A stretch of DNA of 64,000 nucleotides from NCBI RefSeq assembly GCF_018977255.1, contig NW_024704742.1, forward strand, positions 99,574,001 through 99,638,000. Direction: 5' to 3'. Numbering within the stretch: position 1 is the stretch's first letter; the number at the start of each line of letters is the position of its first letter. The position numbers and the translations under genes were made by a program. Below, in pieces: positions 26,185 through 36,819 of the stretch. The notes under the pieces are model-generated. The model did no database searches. It was not told where the DNA came from and saw only the letters and a program-made list of their open reading frames with translations. The stretch comes from Callorhinchus milii. Taxonomy: Eukaryota.

Positions 26185-26430
26185 AGGGAAAATCTGCCAG
26201 GGTCAAAGTTTCCTGATCTGTATCCAGTGATCTGTGCTGGAAAGTATACTTTATGGGGATGTTCGGTAAGAACAGGATTGGGATGGGTTGTGCCGCGCAA
26301 ACCCCACCCCCACATCTCACAGTGGAATAACCTGCAGTCTATGCTCACACCATGAAGGATGGTTGCCTTTGACAATACTTATAGAGAGGTACTCCAGCAT
26401 GAATCATTGTCTTCAGGGGAGAGAAGGGAA
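26185..26430 (+). mobile_element. Family C SINE-like copy
   Basis: aaatctgccagggt..tcctgatctgtatccagtgatctgtgctggaaagt..ggatgttcggtaagaacaggattggg. Confidence 0.6.
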
Positions 26431-27409
26431 AATAGAGGAGGGTATCTCCAGAACCCAATAATAATAATCCTTGCATTTAGTCCATTACTATTATGTTGAA
26501 ATGTCTTGAACAATTTCTGTAAAGAGTTATGACTGTGTATTTGTAAGTGGGAGCTAATTTGCACACAACAGTGACCCACAAACAGCCTTGAAGTAAATGA
26601 TCAGTTTTATCAGGTCTGCAGCAATACTCTTACATTTCATATAGGGCGTTTCATGTCGGGAGGACATCTCAAAGTGCTTCACAGGATATACTGTAAAGTG
26701 AAGTGACTGTGTGTTTTGTGGATGGACACAACACTGTAGTTATTTGAAAAAAACGTTTGATATCAAGGGAATAAAATACAACAACTGTTACCTATTTGAA
26801 GGATAACAGCCAAACCGTGGTTGCCCACTGAGAATCCATCCCTCTGTGAAGTTAATGGGAATACCAATTGAAGACTTTCATCCTGTTTTTGAGTACTTTA
26901 TAAATAATGGTCTTTAGCTGCCAAAAGTATTTCTGTGTTCTATCTTAAGGTGTATTGTGGTCTTTTGGTAAGTGATGAGCAGGAATGGGCAAATCTGTTT
27001 TGTTGCCCTGAATGTTGTAAATAAAATATATATTTTTTTGCCCGGAAGGTGTTGACTCCTGCTGCTTGACTGATGCTCAAAAGCTTCTGGGTTCTCAAGG
27101 GATCATCCTCTGTGTATAAGTCTAGACTCTAGATGATGAATATTGGCAGTACTGTTTGTTCGTCGGTGCATGGTTGGTTCATCCCGATCTTGTTCTCAGA
27201 TTCTTTCGCTATGCTTTTGCCTTAGTGTTAAAGGTCATGCTTTTTCTCTCTCGACCTTTAGAGGAGACCCCTTCAACAACTTTCACAAAACTATTAGAGA
27301 TTGTTACAGGTCAGTGCAGCTCATTCACAATTGAATCCCACCCCACAAGCTGACAGTGGAGGAAAGCTAATGCTGCCAATAGTGTATCGCTGTAATAGAA
27401 TCAGATACA

Positions 27410-27640
27410 GCAAAAACTTGCACTTATATAGCACCCTCCACGCAGGGTAACATCTCAGAGCGCTTAACAGTGGCGGAGCCTGACTCTGACCCGGGGGGAG
27501 GGGGTAGGTGGCCGTAAGCACAGTTGAACAGGAAAGATTTCAGGTGGAACTTGAAAGAGGGGAGAGAGGGGGCAAGGCAGAGGGATTGAGGGAGAGTGTT
27601 CCAGAGTTTTGGAGCATATTGGGTGAAAGCACAACCTCAG
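27410..27640 (-). mobile_element. L2 3' end
   Basis: Tail nearly identical to 12091-12220 and 49077-49250; reverse strand encodes WNTL..FKFHLKIFLF. Confidence 0.85.
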
Positions 27641-27774
27641 ATAATGTTATAGTGTTTTGTACTTGTTGATTCTATGAGAAACCTTTGAAACCATAGGAAA
27701 GTCCTAGCCCTGTTTCCACTCTCATCTTTGAATTTGCATTTGATATTACTTAAAATTCAAAAGCCATTTTAATA

Positions 27775-28325
27775 AGAATAATAACCGTTTGAAATGATAT
27801 AGCACTCAATTACATTGTTGAAATGTCTCCAAGTATTTCACAGCATTTTTACTCTGAAGTGAATTGTGTATTTATAAGCAAACTTGGTGGCCAATTTTTG
27901 TACAGCAATGTCCCACAAACAGCCATGTAGTTCAGTGGTTAGAGCACTCGCCTCGCAAGCGAGAGACCTGGGTTCGATTCCCGGCAGAGCGAAACCTTGG
28001 GCAAGTTTCCTTACTGCCTGTTGATAGTCCCTCAAGAAAAAAAGAATAATGATTTGGCCACTCAATCCACGACTGTTTGTAAGACACTGCTGTGCGCAAT
28101 TGGCTGCTAAGTTTCTTCCACAAAATTATACAGTCAATTCACTTTACAGTATATTCTGTGAAGCGCTTTCAGACATCTAGAAAGCATGAAAAGTGCTATA
28201 GCAAATGCAAGGATTTTATTATATTTATTATAACCTAGACTGTGAGTTCAAAGTCTTGACGCGGGGGCTTCAACCCACAATCTTCTGACATGAAGGCAAG
28301 AATGCTGGCAACTGAGCCAGACTGA
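27775..28325 (-). mobile_element. Deu-type SINE host of young SINE copy 4
   Basis: Tail and gtcccacaaacagccat lie left of the insert; the head aacccacaatcttctgac..actgagccagactgac lies right of it. Confidence 0.65.
27926..28230 (+). mobile_element. Young tRNA-Ala/CORE SINE, copy 4
   Basis: gtagttcagtggttagagcactcgcctcgcaagcgagagacctgggttcgattcccggcag with an intact Pol III B box. Confidence 0.93.
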
Positions 28326-30049
28326 CGTTCATTATATTCATAGGCTATGAGCTCGACTGCTGTATTTTCACAACTATTTTTCTTTGTTTCTTAATTTCAT
28401 TGGCTTTCCCTGCTGTATAAAACCAATGGCTGATGGAAAAGCTTCAAGGTTTTTCCTGATGCATGTTGCTCAGGGAAAGCATTAGAATCTACAAACAAAT
28501 AAAGTTCAAGCATACATCTGTGGATTGACCTCTGAGCTCCTTGATTCACAGTCCAGGAGACCATACATTCACCAAGTGATGTTTACAGTCTCACTGTGCT
28601 GCTGGAAACGAGGGGGATCCCATACCATTTAACACATGTGAGTGCACAAAACACAGCGGAGCTGGGGGGAGGGGCAGGAACCTGTATCCCCTTTCTGTGC
28701 TATTGTTATTTATCCCTGGGCACAAACTATATCCCCCAGCAGATGTTTTCAGGAAGGATCTAACATTAGATGAAAGGCAGTAAAAACTAATGGAAACATT
28801 TTTTTCCCCCTCTAAATAATGAAACCTGCTTGACCTCTTTTAAGCCGTCAGGTTTATATTGCATTAAAGAGCACAACAAAGATTGTTATATACGAACTGC
28901 AGGGCACGTTGTGACGGTGTTGAAACTCCAAAAGAAATACCAGACTCTGTACTTTTGGGGTTGTAAATAGTTTATTATCGGAAGTTAGACTCGGTGACAG
29001 GGAAATACTGCACTGTTCCCTTTCACCAAATCCCTACCCTGAAAGGATCTGGTCAACTGCCAGAAGCCGTTTGCAGTGATGAATGGCTGTGATGAAATGT
29101 TTTCAGAGAAAACATCACTTTTGTTTGTGAAAGAACTTCACAGTGGAAGCCCATGTCATGGCCTGATTTGTTAATTTACCAGCATTGTAGTCAACTCAAA
29201 GCTTTCACACATTGTTTTTTCTATGTATAAGAAATTCATCCCTCGTGGCTGGCTGTGATTTTTGAGGTCCGACTGTATTGTCTCTTAAAATATTAAACAT
29301 CCGTGCCCTCGTTCACACTTTGTTGCTTCTGCAAATGCTTGTAAAAGTAAAATCCTCAGGCAAACTGTGGCCTTTTTCTGCATTTATTTTTTGTGCGATT
29401 GAAAAGGTCATTGTAGGTTAAAGCTACTGGAAAAATAGAAATTTTACTGGGTCTTGCAAATGATAGCTTACTGTGGCTTGGAGTGAACAGTAACAAATTC
29501 CAAGCTTGGTGAATTTGCATCACATGTAAGATATCCTTTATGAAATGCAGAGTAAATGTTTGGACTGAAAATTATGTTCTGTGACAGGAATAATTATCAC
29601 ACTGTTGATAAATGCACTCAAGAATGCTCATCGATAACTGATAACCTGAAGAAGGTCCATTGACCACAGGCATGATCTTCCGCCACCCCCAGCCCCCCAA
29701 GTCCATCACAGTGGTTGAGTCTGAAGCTGCCTGCAGCAGCCTATGGACTTTCCAGTGTGGTCATCATGGCATTAGACTATAGTTTGTGGGAGACGGTTTT
29801 AAATCTTATTTCCATGTTGTTGATTTAAGCCAGTACCAGTACTCCAATGCCGCAGGCCTTCTGGCTTTGTTTTACAATTCCATTACCATTATCTCTTATG
29901 TCAAAGCCTGTACTTAGGGGTCAGCTTGACATACATGTGGTTCCCTGGAGAAGACACAATTTCTGAGGCACTTTTCCCTAGTGCAAGGTGCCATTTTTGT
30001 TGCTGTTCCTGACAAGTGCCTTTTCAACCGATTGTTTCAAGTTCAACAC

Positions 30050-30305
30050 AACAACAATTGGTATTTTCATGTAGGAGAACATCTCAACATGTTTTACAAA
30101 GACTGAGCGAGAGCCCGACCCAGGAGAGAGATCAGGGGCAGCAGAGAGGTGGTTAAAGACACAGTCGAAGAGATAGTATTTAAAGTGGATTTTGAAAAGA
30201 AAAGTCAGAGAAAGCTATGTCAAGGGATTTCAGGATAATTCCAGAGAGCGGGGTCAAAGTATCCAAAGGCTTACCAACTGGTAGTGGGGCAGAGCGGGCA
30301 GAGGA
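30050..30305 (-). mobile_element. Old L2 3' end
   Basis: (CAA)n, then ttttcatgtaggagaacatctcaa, then aattccagag. Confidence 0.6.
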
Positions 30306-30939
30306 CATTTTATTTTTACAGAGGACAGTTTGGTTAAAAGTATTCTAAGTACAGGTTAAAATTACTGAGCAAAAATGTATTGCAAACCTCAGGAAAGTTA
30401 AAAATTAAAAATATACAACATCCTTAAATCACGACAGCATCATTTAAAATGCAGTAATTGCATAATACAAACTTATGCCTTTTCAATTCTAAACCTACAT
30501 TATATAAGTATTTCATGGATGAACTACTAGTAGGACATACATGTCATTTGGAACTCAATTTAAAATGATCTGAAGGGAATCGTGAAATATTGTCAGCAAC
30601 ATACTTATACTTCGTTTCTAATGACTTGGGTTTGCCATCTTGTCTTGTTTTACATATTAATGCAATTCTTTCCAATGAGTTTATTGCTGCAAATGTGTAA
30701 TACACCAAATGACCTCTATTCCATTCTGTGTCATGTTGAGCTTAATGACTGTTGTGTATTCTATTTACTACCAATAAGATGAAGGTCCTGGTCTCATAAA
30801 AGGCTTTTCTCATCAGCCCTCTATTACGTTCACTAACTACCGTCTACACCAGTGTTTTTTTCACCAACGATTGTGAGGCCAGTTCTTACGTCAGGGACAG
30901 TGGATAAGATTTATTTTCACTTGTGAAATGACTGCTACC

Positions 30940-31285
30940 TTTATTTCATGGCTGTTTGTGAGCCTACAGATACAGTCACTATACAAGAAATAGATGTGAA
31001 GCGTTTGCGTCAAATATCCTTGAAGTGAATTACCAATTTTATCTGGGGGTTTGTTGCCCAGGACACTGCCAACAAGATATTCCCTTCACTTTTTGAGTAG
31101 TGCCCTGGGATCTTTAAAGTCCATCTGAACAGACTCAGCTTATCGTCTCATCTGAAGGCTAGTGCCTCTGACAATGCAACAACAACAACTTGCATTTATA
31201 TAGCGCCATTCACGCGGAGCAATGTATCGGAGAGCTTAAAGCACTCCCCCAGCACTACATTTCAGTGTCAGCCTTAACTATAAAT
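30940..31285. mobile_element. Deu-SINE fragments (both orientations) with a nested short L2 tail
   Basis: gtgccctgggatctttaaagtccatctgaacag; (CAA)n-cttgcatttatatagcgcc inserted at ~31177-31240. Confidence 0.7.
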
Positions 31286-31302
31286 GACATGGGGATTATT
31301 CA

Positions 31303-31506
31303 TGTCTCCATATCATGTCTGCACCCCCACTCTCTGTTAGTCCTTAAAAGCCTCTCCCTCCCAACATGCCCCAATTCCGATGAAGGGTCGTGGACCCGAA
31401 ACTTTGACTCACTTTCCTTTCTCCATAGATGCTGTCTGACCTGCCGAGTGTTCCCACGACTTCTGTTTTAGTTTCAGATTTCCAGAATCTGCAGTATTTT
31501 GCGTTT
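31303..31506 (+). mobile_element. Short Penelope-like insertion, copy A
   Basis: 13-bp TSD tggggattattca (31290-31302 and 31507-31519). Shares its body with 36643-36819 and 45028-45249. Confidence 0.8.
31373..31409 (+). ncRNA. Minimal hammerhead ribozyme motif, degenerate (CCGAUGA core)
   Basis: aatt-CcGATGA-a-GGGTC gtg GACCC-GAAA-cttt-gact. Confidence 0.55.
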
Positions 31507-32819
31507 TGGGGATTATTCAGTTCTGTTCTGTTGATATTTACTTAAATGTAAGCTTCAGTAGAATGTCACCAACCAGAAAGGAAATCTTAAACACTGCAAC
31601 TGTTTTTCATTTTTTGACTGTTTTGGGAAGCGTCTGTTGATAGATTGTTGAGAATAATCTTTGCTGACTTGGGATTCCACAAATACTCTGTCTCAATGTA
31701 CTCGCTAATATTGGCATAACTATTGTGGCCTGACAATAACCTTCATTCACATACTCCAGGAGGGAAACAGTGTTATAAAAAAAAGTCTTATTTTTTCACA
31801 CAGGTATCTCACACAATTGGCCTTTCTCCACATGTGCGTCTAGACAGTGGGTTGGCTATAGCTATTACACTGATCACTGAAAATAGCTAGTAGCAATCAG
31901 TATAAGACAGATTCCAGTGAGTATCAGCAGGCTGTTTAACCATCGAGGGTTTTCACAGCATGAAGTTAGACACGTCAACTGTTCTTACCTCTTTAAAATG
32001 GGTATTTATAGAGATCTTTTCAGCTGAAGGAATAGCAATATGTGCATTTAGAGATTTGCAAGAACCATTCCTTATTAGGCAAGTGTTGGAGATGAATTGA
32101 TGTCCTGATGGTTGTATAAATAAATGAATTGTGTGGTGTGTAACTGAGCTGCAGGGATCAGAACCACCTCTGGTGCCTGTCCTGTGCTAACTTACTCATG
32201 TGGGTGTAGTGCTGGTAATTCACATTTGGCCTCAATGTCCCTTAGCCAGGAATAAAGAAAGATTTGTTGAAGGTACCAAATGCCTGAAGTTTCACTTCGT
32301 CTTAGGCTGTAAGACTATTCTGATAGAACCAGCTTTCAAAATAAGATTGAATGTTGCACAATTCTGCAATCTTAAGTCATGACAGAATAGGTTTACAGAC
32401 CAAGATGAGGTGACATTTCAGGCCTCTGAGGGTTGCAGTTACTCGTGCAATGTACTTACAAAATTAGAGAAAAGAAAATAAATCAATTTATTTAGGGCTC
32501 TTTTCCAACAGAGTGTTGCACAAACCAACTTTGGAATCAATGTTTCAGTTATTTGCTAGTAAATCAGCAGCTGCTTGTCTGCACATTCGCTCCAATTTTC
32601 GTGAAATTGCACACATCAGGGACACCAACATTTAATTCCAAAGAATTTCATTTTCTTTCCAGAGAGAAATTTTAACGTTCCTCTTCTGCTTTTCAGCACA
32701 GCTGTGATGGCTGTGAAAGATTGAACAAATTGCTGAGGTAGAAACCCAAACTGAATTTGAAAAGCTAAAGTGATTGTTCTGTTTATAAAAGCCACTTCGT
32801 AATGTGAAACGGAGTCTTA

Positions 32820-32990
32820 CTGATCCAGAGCATCTAGTTTCAATCCCAGCCTACGTTGAGTTCACTGATCTCAGCAAGCAGTAGAACTCGATCGTTTGCC
32901 TTAGTGCCCCTGAGCTTGGGGAGGGAAGACAATGCCAGCTCGGTTTCTTGTTTAGTGACCCCTGAGGAAAAGTATGTATATGTTCGTAAT
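32820..32990 (+). mobile_element. Family C SINE-like copy
   Basis: gttgagttcactgatctcagc...gccttagtgcccctgagcttgggaggg. Confidence 0.6.
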
Positions 32991-33502
32991 AGTAATCTTA
33001 GCATTTGCAGTTGATATAGATCCTTATCACACTGATGAGATGACTCAAATTGCTTCACAAGATATATTGTAAAGTGGTATAATTTGTGTATTGTCGGCGA
33101 ATGCAGCAGTCAATTTGGGAACAACAGTGTGCCACAGACAAGAAGCATTTTTAAAGAAATGGCTCTAAAAAGAGCTACGTGAAATAGAATGTTAAAAATA
33201 CCGAAAAGTAATAGAAGGTTAAAGGACAAAGACAATTAACAGAAGATGTAACATAACAAAGATGTAGGTAAATGGTCCTTTTGTGCTTGAAACTTTATCT
33301 GAGTCTATGGTCCTATGCAATGATCACTTGAGCCCAATTGTTCATCCCACTACTAAAATATTGATAAGTTCTGGTGTCCTGAGGAACATCTAGCTAATAT
33401 AACAGCTGCTCTAGAACTACACATGTTTCATCAAGAAGCAGTCACTGATTCACTCTTTGGCATTTCGTGTGCGATACATTACAATACAAAATTGCATATA
33501 TA

Positions 33503-33851
33503 TACAACAACAACAACAACAAGATTCCATTTATAAAGCACCTTTCACGTCAGGAGGACGTCCCAAGGCGCTGCACAGTTGGGTCATGACCTGAGCAGGG
33601 GGGAAATGGTCAGGGTGAGGGGAGGGAAGGGAGGGAGCGAGGAGGGGGAAATGGTCAGGGTGAGGGGAGGGAAGGGAGGGAGCAAGGAGGGGGAAATGGT
33701 CAGGGTGAGGGGAGGGAAGGGAGGGAGCGAGGAGGGGGAAGAGAGTCGAGAGGGGAGCTGAAGGCACGGTCAAAGAGAAAGGTTTTGAGACCGGCCTTGA
33801 AGGAGGAAAGGGAGGAAGCAAGGCGAAGGCACTGGGGGATGGAGTTCCAGA
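33503..33851 (-). mobile_element. L2 3' end with internal minisatellite
   Basis: (CAA)n-gattccatttataaagcacctttcacgtcaggaggacgtcccaagg tail; reverse strand ends WNSI..FKAGLKTFLF. Confidence 0.85.
33597..33740. repeat. 45-bp tandem repeat, 3 copies
   Basis: aaatggtcagggtgaggggagggaagggagggagcgaggaggggg starts at 33604, 33649 and 33694. Confidence 0.95.
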
Positions 33852-33974
33852 TATAGTGCCCTTCTCGTCGGGAGGATGTCCCAAGGCACTTAACAATCCT
33901 TGCTTGGCAACCAAGCTGGGAGTGGGAGCCGCAGTGGGGAGGGGGTGGGGTGTGGAGAGGGGAAAGAAGACCAA

Positions 33975-34487
33975 GACAACAACTTGTATTTATATAGCGC
34001 CCTTCACGCTAGATAGTGTCCCAGGGCGCTTGACAGTGGTGGAGTCTGACACTGAGCCAAGGGTGAGGGAGGGGTAGGTGACCATAACCACAAACAAAAA
34101 ACAAGGTCTTTAGGCAGGATTTGAACGTGGGGAGAGAGGGGGCAAAGCAGAGGAATTGAGGTAGAGAGTTCCAGAGTTTCAGGACATAGTGGCTGAAAGT
34201 ATGGCCACTGATGGTGGAGCAGAGGGGACGAGGGACAAACAGGAGGCCGGAGCCAGCCAAACGGAGACAGTGGGTGGTGGATTGATGGGGGGAGATAAGC
34301 AAATTGGATTGGTAGTCTGGGACGTGCAAGGGCATGAAGGGATTTTAAGTGAGTGAGAGGATCTTGAAATTGATCCGTTCATTAATTGGGATCCAGTGGA
34401 GCCTGGCAAGGACTGGTGTGATGGGGGTAATGAGTTTTGTGCGGGTGAGTATCTGAGCAGTGGAGTTTTGAATTAGTTCGATTTTGT
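33975..34487 (-). mobile_element. L2 LINE 3' fragment (~0.5 kb)
   Basis: ORF 34009..34335 contains LWNSLPQFLCFAPSLPTFKSCLKTLFF; L2 tail at the left end. Confidence 0.88.
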
Positions 34488-34719
34488 ATATCCCCTCCTC
34501 TCTGGTTATAATGAGGATTCTAAAACCACTCTAGGGATGGTGCTGGCTCTGAATGACCGGTCCATGATGACCTTGGAACAATCCAAACCAACTATCTCTT
34601 CTGGCAAGGGACCTGAGAGAATCAGTTCCTTAGTGGTCCATCACATGTTAAGAAGACACTACGCCAGTTCCTGGTATCAAAAGGTTGAGAAACACTGGTA
34701 TATAAGTTTTACTTTCTGC

Positions 34720-35060
34720 AGTTGTGAATATTTCAACTCACCAAGCTTGCTTGGACAGGACTCGTAATAGACCTGCAGCCACCACCAACCTGAGGAACAC
34801 AACAGCGTTCCTCTGTTATGGGAACACCTCCACATTCCCCTCCAAGTCACTTACCATCCTGACTTTGGATGTACATCACCGTTGCTTGATTGGTGCTGAG
34901 TCAATATCCTGGAACTCCTCCCCCAACACAGCCATGGGAGCACCACAGCCACACAGACTGCAGGGGCTTAAAGACAAGGCCCTCCACCAACTTCTCAGGG
35001 CGACCAGGGATAGACAATAAATACTGCCTGAGTCACCCAGATCCTGAGATGAAAAAAAAT
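34720..35060 (+). mobile_element. 3' end of another non-LTR retrotransposon (CR1/L2 group)
   Basis: WNSSPNTAMGAPQPHRLQGLKDKALHQLL fits the WNxLP...FK C-terminal pattern; then aataaa and an A-run. Confidence 0.65.
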
Positions 35061-35254
35061 TAAGTTATAATTTTGCTCAATGAGTTTACCTAGTTACTTA
35101 AATGAATTAGATGTATTCCACCACTGCAAAACGCTTCGGTACACTACCCCGCGTGAAGCTACTATAAAAATGCAAGTTGTTGTTGTTGGAATCAAAACAT
35201 CTGTGGAATTGTAGCAGCTGTACAATTGGGCTTTTGAACATATTATTTACATTG

Positions 35255-35626
35255 TGGAGTCCTGTAGCTCAGTGGTTAGAGCACTCGCCTCGCAAAGAGG
35301 GACCTGGGTTCCATTCCTGGCAGGATGAAATGTTGGTCACGTTTCCTTATTCCACACGCCTCTGTTTATCTAGCAGTAAGTAGGAACCCAGTTGTTAGAT
35401 GAATGGCAGATCGCTTTTCTGGGGATAATAATCCCTAAAAAAAAATCATAATTTGGTCACTCAATCCACGATTGTTTGTTAGACACTGCTGTGCGCAATC
35501 GGCTGCCGCGTTTTGCCCACAAATGTACAATCAATTCACTTTACAGTATATTCTGTGAAGCGCTTTGAGACGTCTAGATGTCTAGTGAAAAACTCTATCA
35601 AATATAAGGATTATTATTATTATTAT
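35255..35626 (+). mobile_element. tRNA-Ala/CORE SINE, copy 5 (long subfamily)
   Basis: Head tggagtcctgtagctcagtggttagagc; extra ~62 bp ctgtttatctagcagtaagtaggaaccc...; (ATT)n tail. Confidence 0.93.
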
Positions 35627-36642
35627 GACAATTTATTGGAGCACTTTCATTGATGTTCTGATCTTTCAGCAGCCTTTGGGTTTCCATTACAGCCTCTGTT
35701 TGTTCCCTGGTCTTTTAATGCACTTTTTATTGGTGCCTGCGACATTCCCCAGCTTGCTGAGTTTGCTGCCTTGGTCTGATTTTCCAGTTTGTAATTGCNT
35801 TTTTTTCACTACCTCCCATCTTGTGTGAGAGGGTAATAGAAATGTTTTAGTATCTGTGTAGTCAGGCATTCTCGCTGCATGCCAGGATAAAAGTATCTGC
35901 TTTGGGAATGCAAACAGTTTCCATTTGTGTTTCTGAAGTTCCGCTCGTACACAGCCTCCCCCTTTAAAGATAGGCCTAGAGGAGATTGCCCGATGGCTCA
36001 GTGAGAAAATGTATTGACTGGTGTGGCATTGAGCACTCAGAACACGAAAGTCCGAAATTCAATGCCTGCACTACTCCCATTCCCAGGTTTAACAGAGAAT
36101 TGTTGCGATTTAGGTATTGATTTTACGCTGCTGAGGCACAGCAATTTTGCTTCCAGCAGTACGGTGTGATGAGCTAGCTGATCACAGTGAGGGTAGTTGT
36201 GTCTGTATTGACTGCCTGTAAGGCCTCACGTGTGAAAAAAATGTCTGCGGAGCCAGACTACAGTTGGTGTCTTCAGGGGAAGATGAATGGGGGAAGGGAA
36301 GAAAGAACCTGTCAGCTTTTACTAACAAAAATCAGTCCAGGATTGAATCATATAGAATTCACCCCATCACAGACTTTGCATAAATAGGGCTTGAAGAATG
36401 TTTTTAAAGAGCATAATGAAAAAACTATGAAGGTTAAATTACAGTTTGCAAGCCTTGGCACACTGAAATCCTTCTCTCCTCTTTGGCAATAGCACTATCC
36501 AGACACACACAAGCTCCATTTATATTCTTTGTCTATTTCAAGCTCTTTGTTCTAACTCAAAGCTTTCAGAAGGCCCACTGATGTACAGGGTGTTCATGTT
36601 TTATGAACTAATTCCCACTAAACCAAGGTGTCAACATCTTAA

Positions 36643-36819
36643 CAAAACACAAAATATTGCAGATATTGAATATCTGAAACAAAAACAGAAGTCGCTGGGA
36701 ATACTCAGCAGGTCAGGCAGCATCTATGGAGAAAGCACAGTAAGTCAATGTTTCGGGTCCAAGATCCTTTGTTAGAACCAGTTCTGACGAATGGTCGTGG
36801 ACCCGAAACATTGACTCAC
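36643..36819 (-). mobile_element. Short Penelope-like insertion, copy B, with inverted 5' piece
   Basis: 14-bp TSD tgtcaacatcttaa / tgtcaaaatcttaa (36629-36642 and 36820-36833); fold-back apex at ~36779-36780. Confidence 0.82.
36780..36816 (+). ncRNA. Minimal hammerhead ribozyme motif
   Basis: agtt-CTGACGA-a-tGGTC gtg GACCc-GAAA-catt-gact; agtt/gact can form stem I. Confidence 0.65.

Noticed and set aside
27926..27992. Functional tRNA-Ala gene
   Set aside because: It continues directly into SINE body and tail, this copy lacks the 5' acceptor strand, and there is no oligo-T terminator.
33597..33740. CRISPR-like or coding repeat
   Set aside because: Contiguous tandem units with no spacers, inside an L2 3' UTR.
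35799..35799. Single N base
   Set aside because: Assembly ambiguity next to a T-run, with no biological meaning.
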